DNA of 63,240 nt, counting the filler, from Dimargaris cristalligena (Eukaryota), in NCBI GenBank assembly GCA_003614675.1. It is 3 parts of 3 records of this genome, joined end to end, with 100 filler letters (N's around TTAATTAATTAA, not from the genome) between each part and the next. Parts side by side here need not be neighbours in the genome. Positions count along the whole stretch, not along the records: positions 42,268 to 63,240 come from ML002678.1; 2 more parts are not named here. One strand, 5' to 3'. Position numbers and translations under genes: made by a program. Position 1 is the first letter of the stretch. Each line of letters starts with the position of its first letter. The notes under the pieces were generated by a model. It saw only the letters and a program-made list of their open reading frames with translations. It was not told the origin of the DNA and ran no database searches. This document shows positions 63,024-63,240 of the stretch, piece after piece.

Positions 63024-63240
63024 ACCCTTGACTATGATGCACCCCTGCCCATGACCAGACTGTACCTTTGTATTTCCACTGCCCCTGGTCTGACTGCACC
63101 CTGTCACCCCTCCTAATCCGTCCTAATCCAACTGATATGACCGCCGTCATATCAGGCCATATAGCGCCATATTGTACCCCCCGGCCCTAATAAGGCCGAG
63201 CATCATTGATATCCCCATACCGGCCAGGCCTCCCGGAGTA

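Overview
Eukaryotic, intron-containing fungal DNA. The gene set (RTEL1 with a harmonin-N-like domain, FAM114-like, AVL9, Nak1/Kic1 kinase) and the 26 inferred GT-AG introns of 122-379 nt suggest an early-diverging (zoopagomycete-like) fungus; this assignment is inference. The window is an artificial concatenation of three ~21 kb contigs (1-21074, 21175-42167, 42268-63240) joined by 100-nt N44-TTAATTAATTAA-N44 spacers. Contig 1 is gene-dense: FAM114-like, AVL9, RTEL1, glutaminyl cyclase, SDT1-like HAD, GGTase-I beta, and a Nak1/Kic1-like kinase whose tail looks inverted. Contig 2 has RPB1, SRPRB, a large secreted Q/Y-rich gene and a CpG-depleted repeat cluster. Contig 3 has eIF2B-alpha, a ZIP9/ATX2 transporter, prefoldin 2 and small secreted proteins. 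Main observations: (i) several lineage-specific or secreted genes keep their frame but carry in-frame stops (one inside a correctly spaced zinc finger) while housekeeping genes are intact, and the repeats are CpG-depleted and transition-rich, which suggests a RIP-like C-to-T process or recoding/editing; (ii) a signal-peptide/Kex2 precursor of a cationic glycine-zipper peptide; (iii) a dispersed repeat keeping a 21-codon micro-ORF in three copies; (iv) a candidate structured ncRNA.
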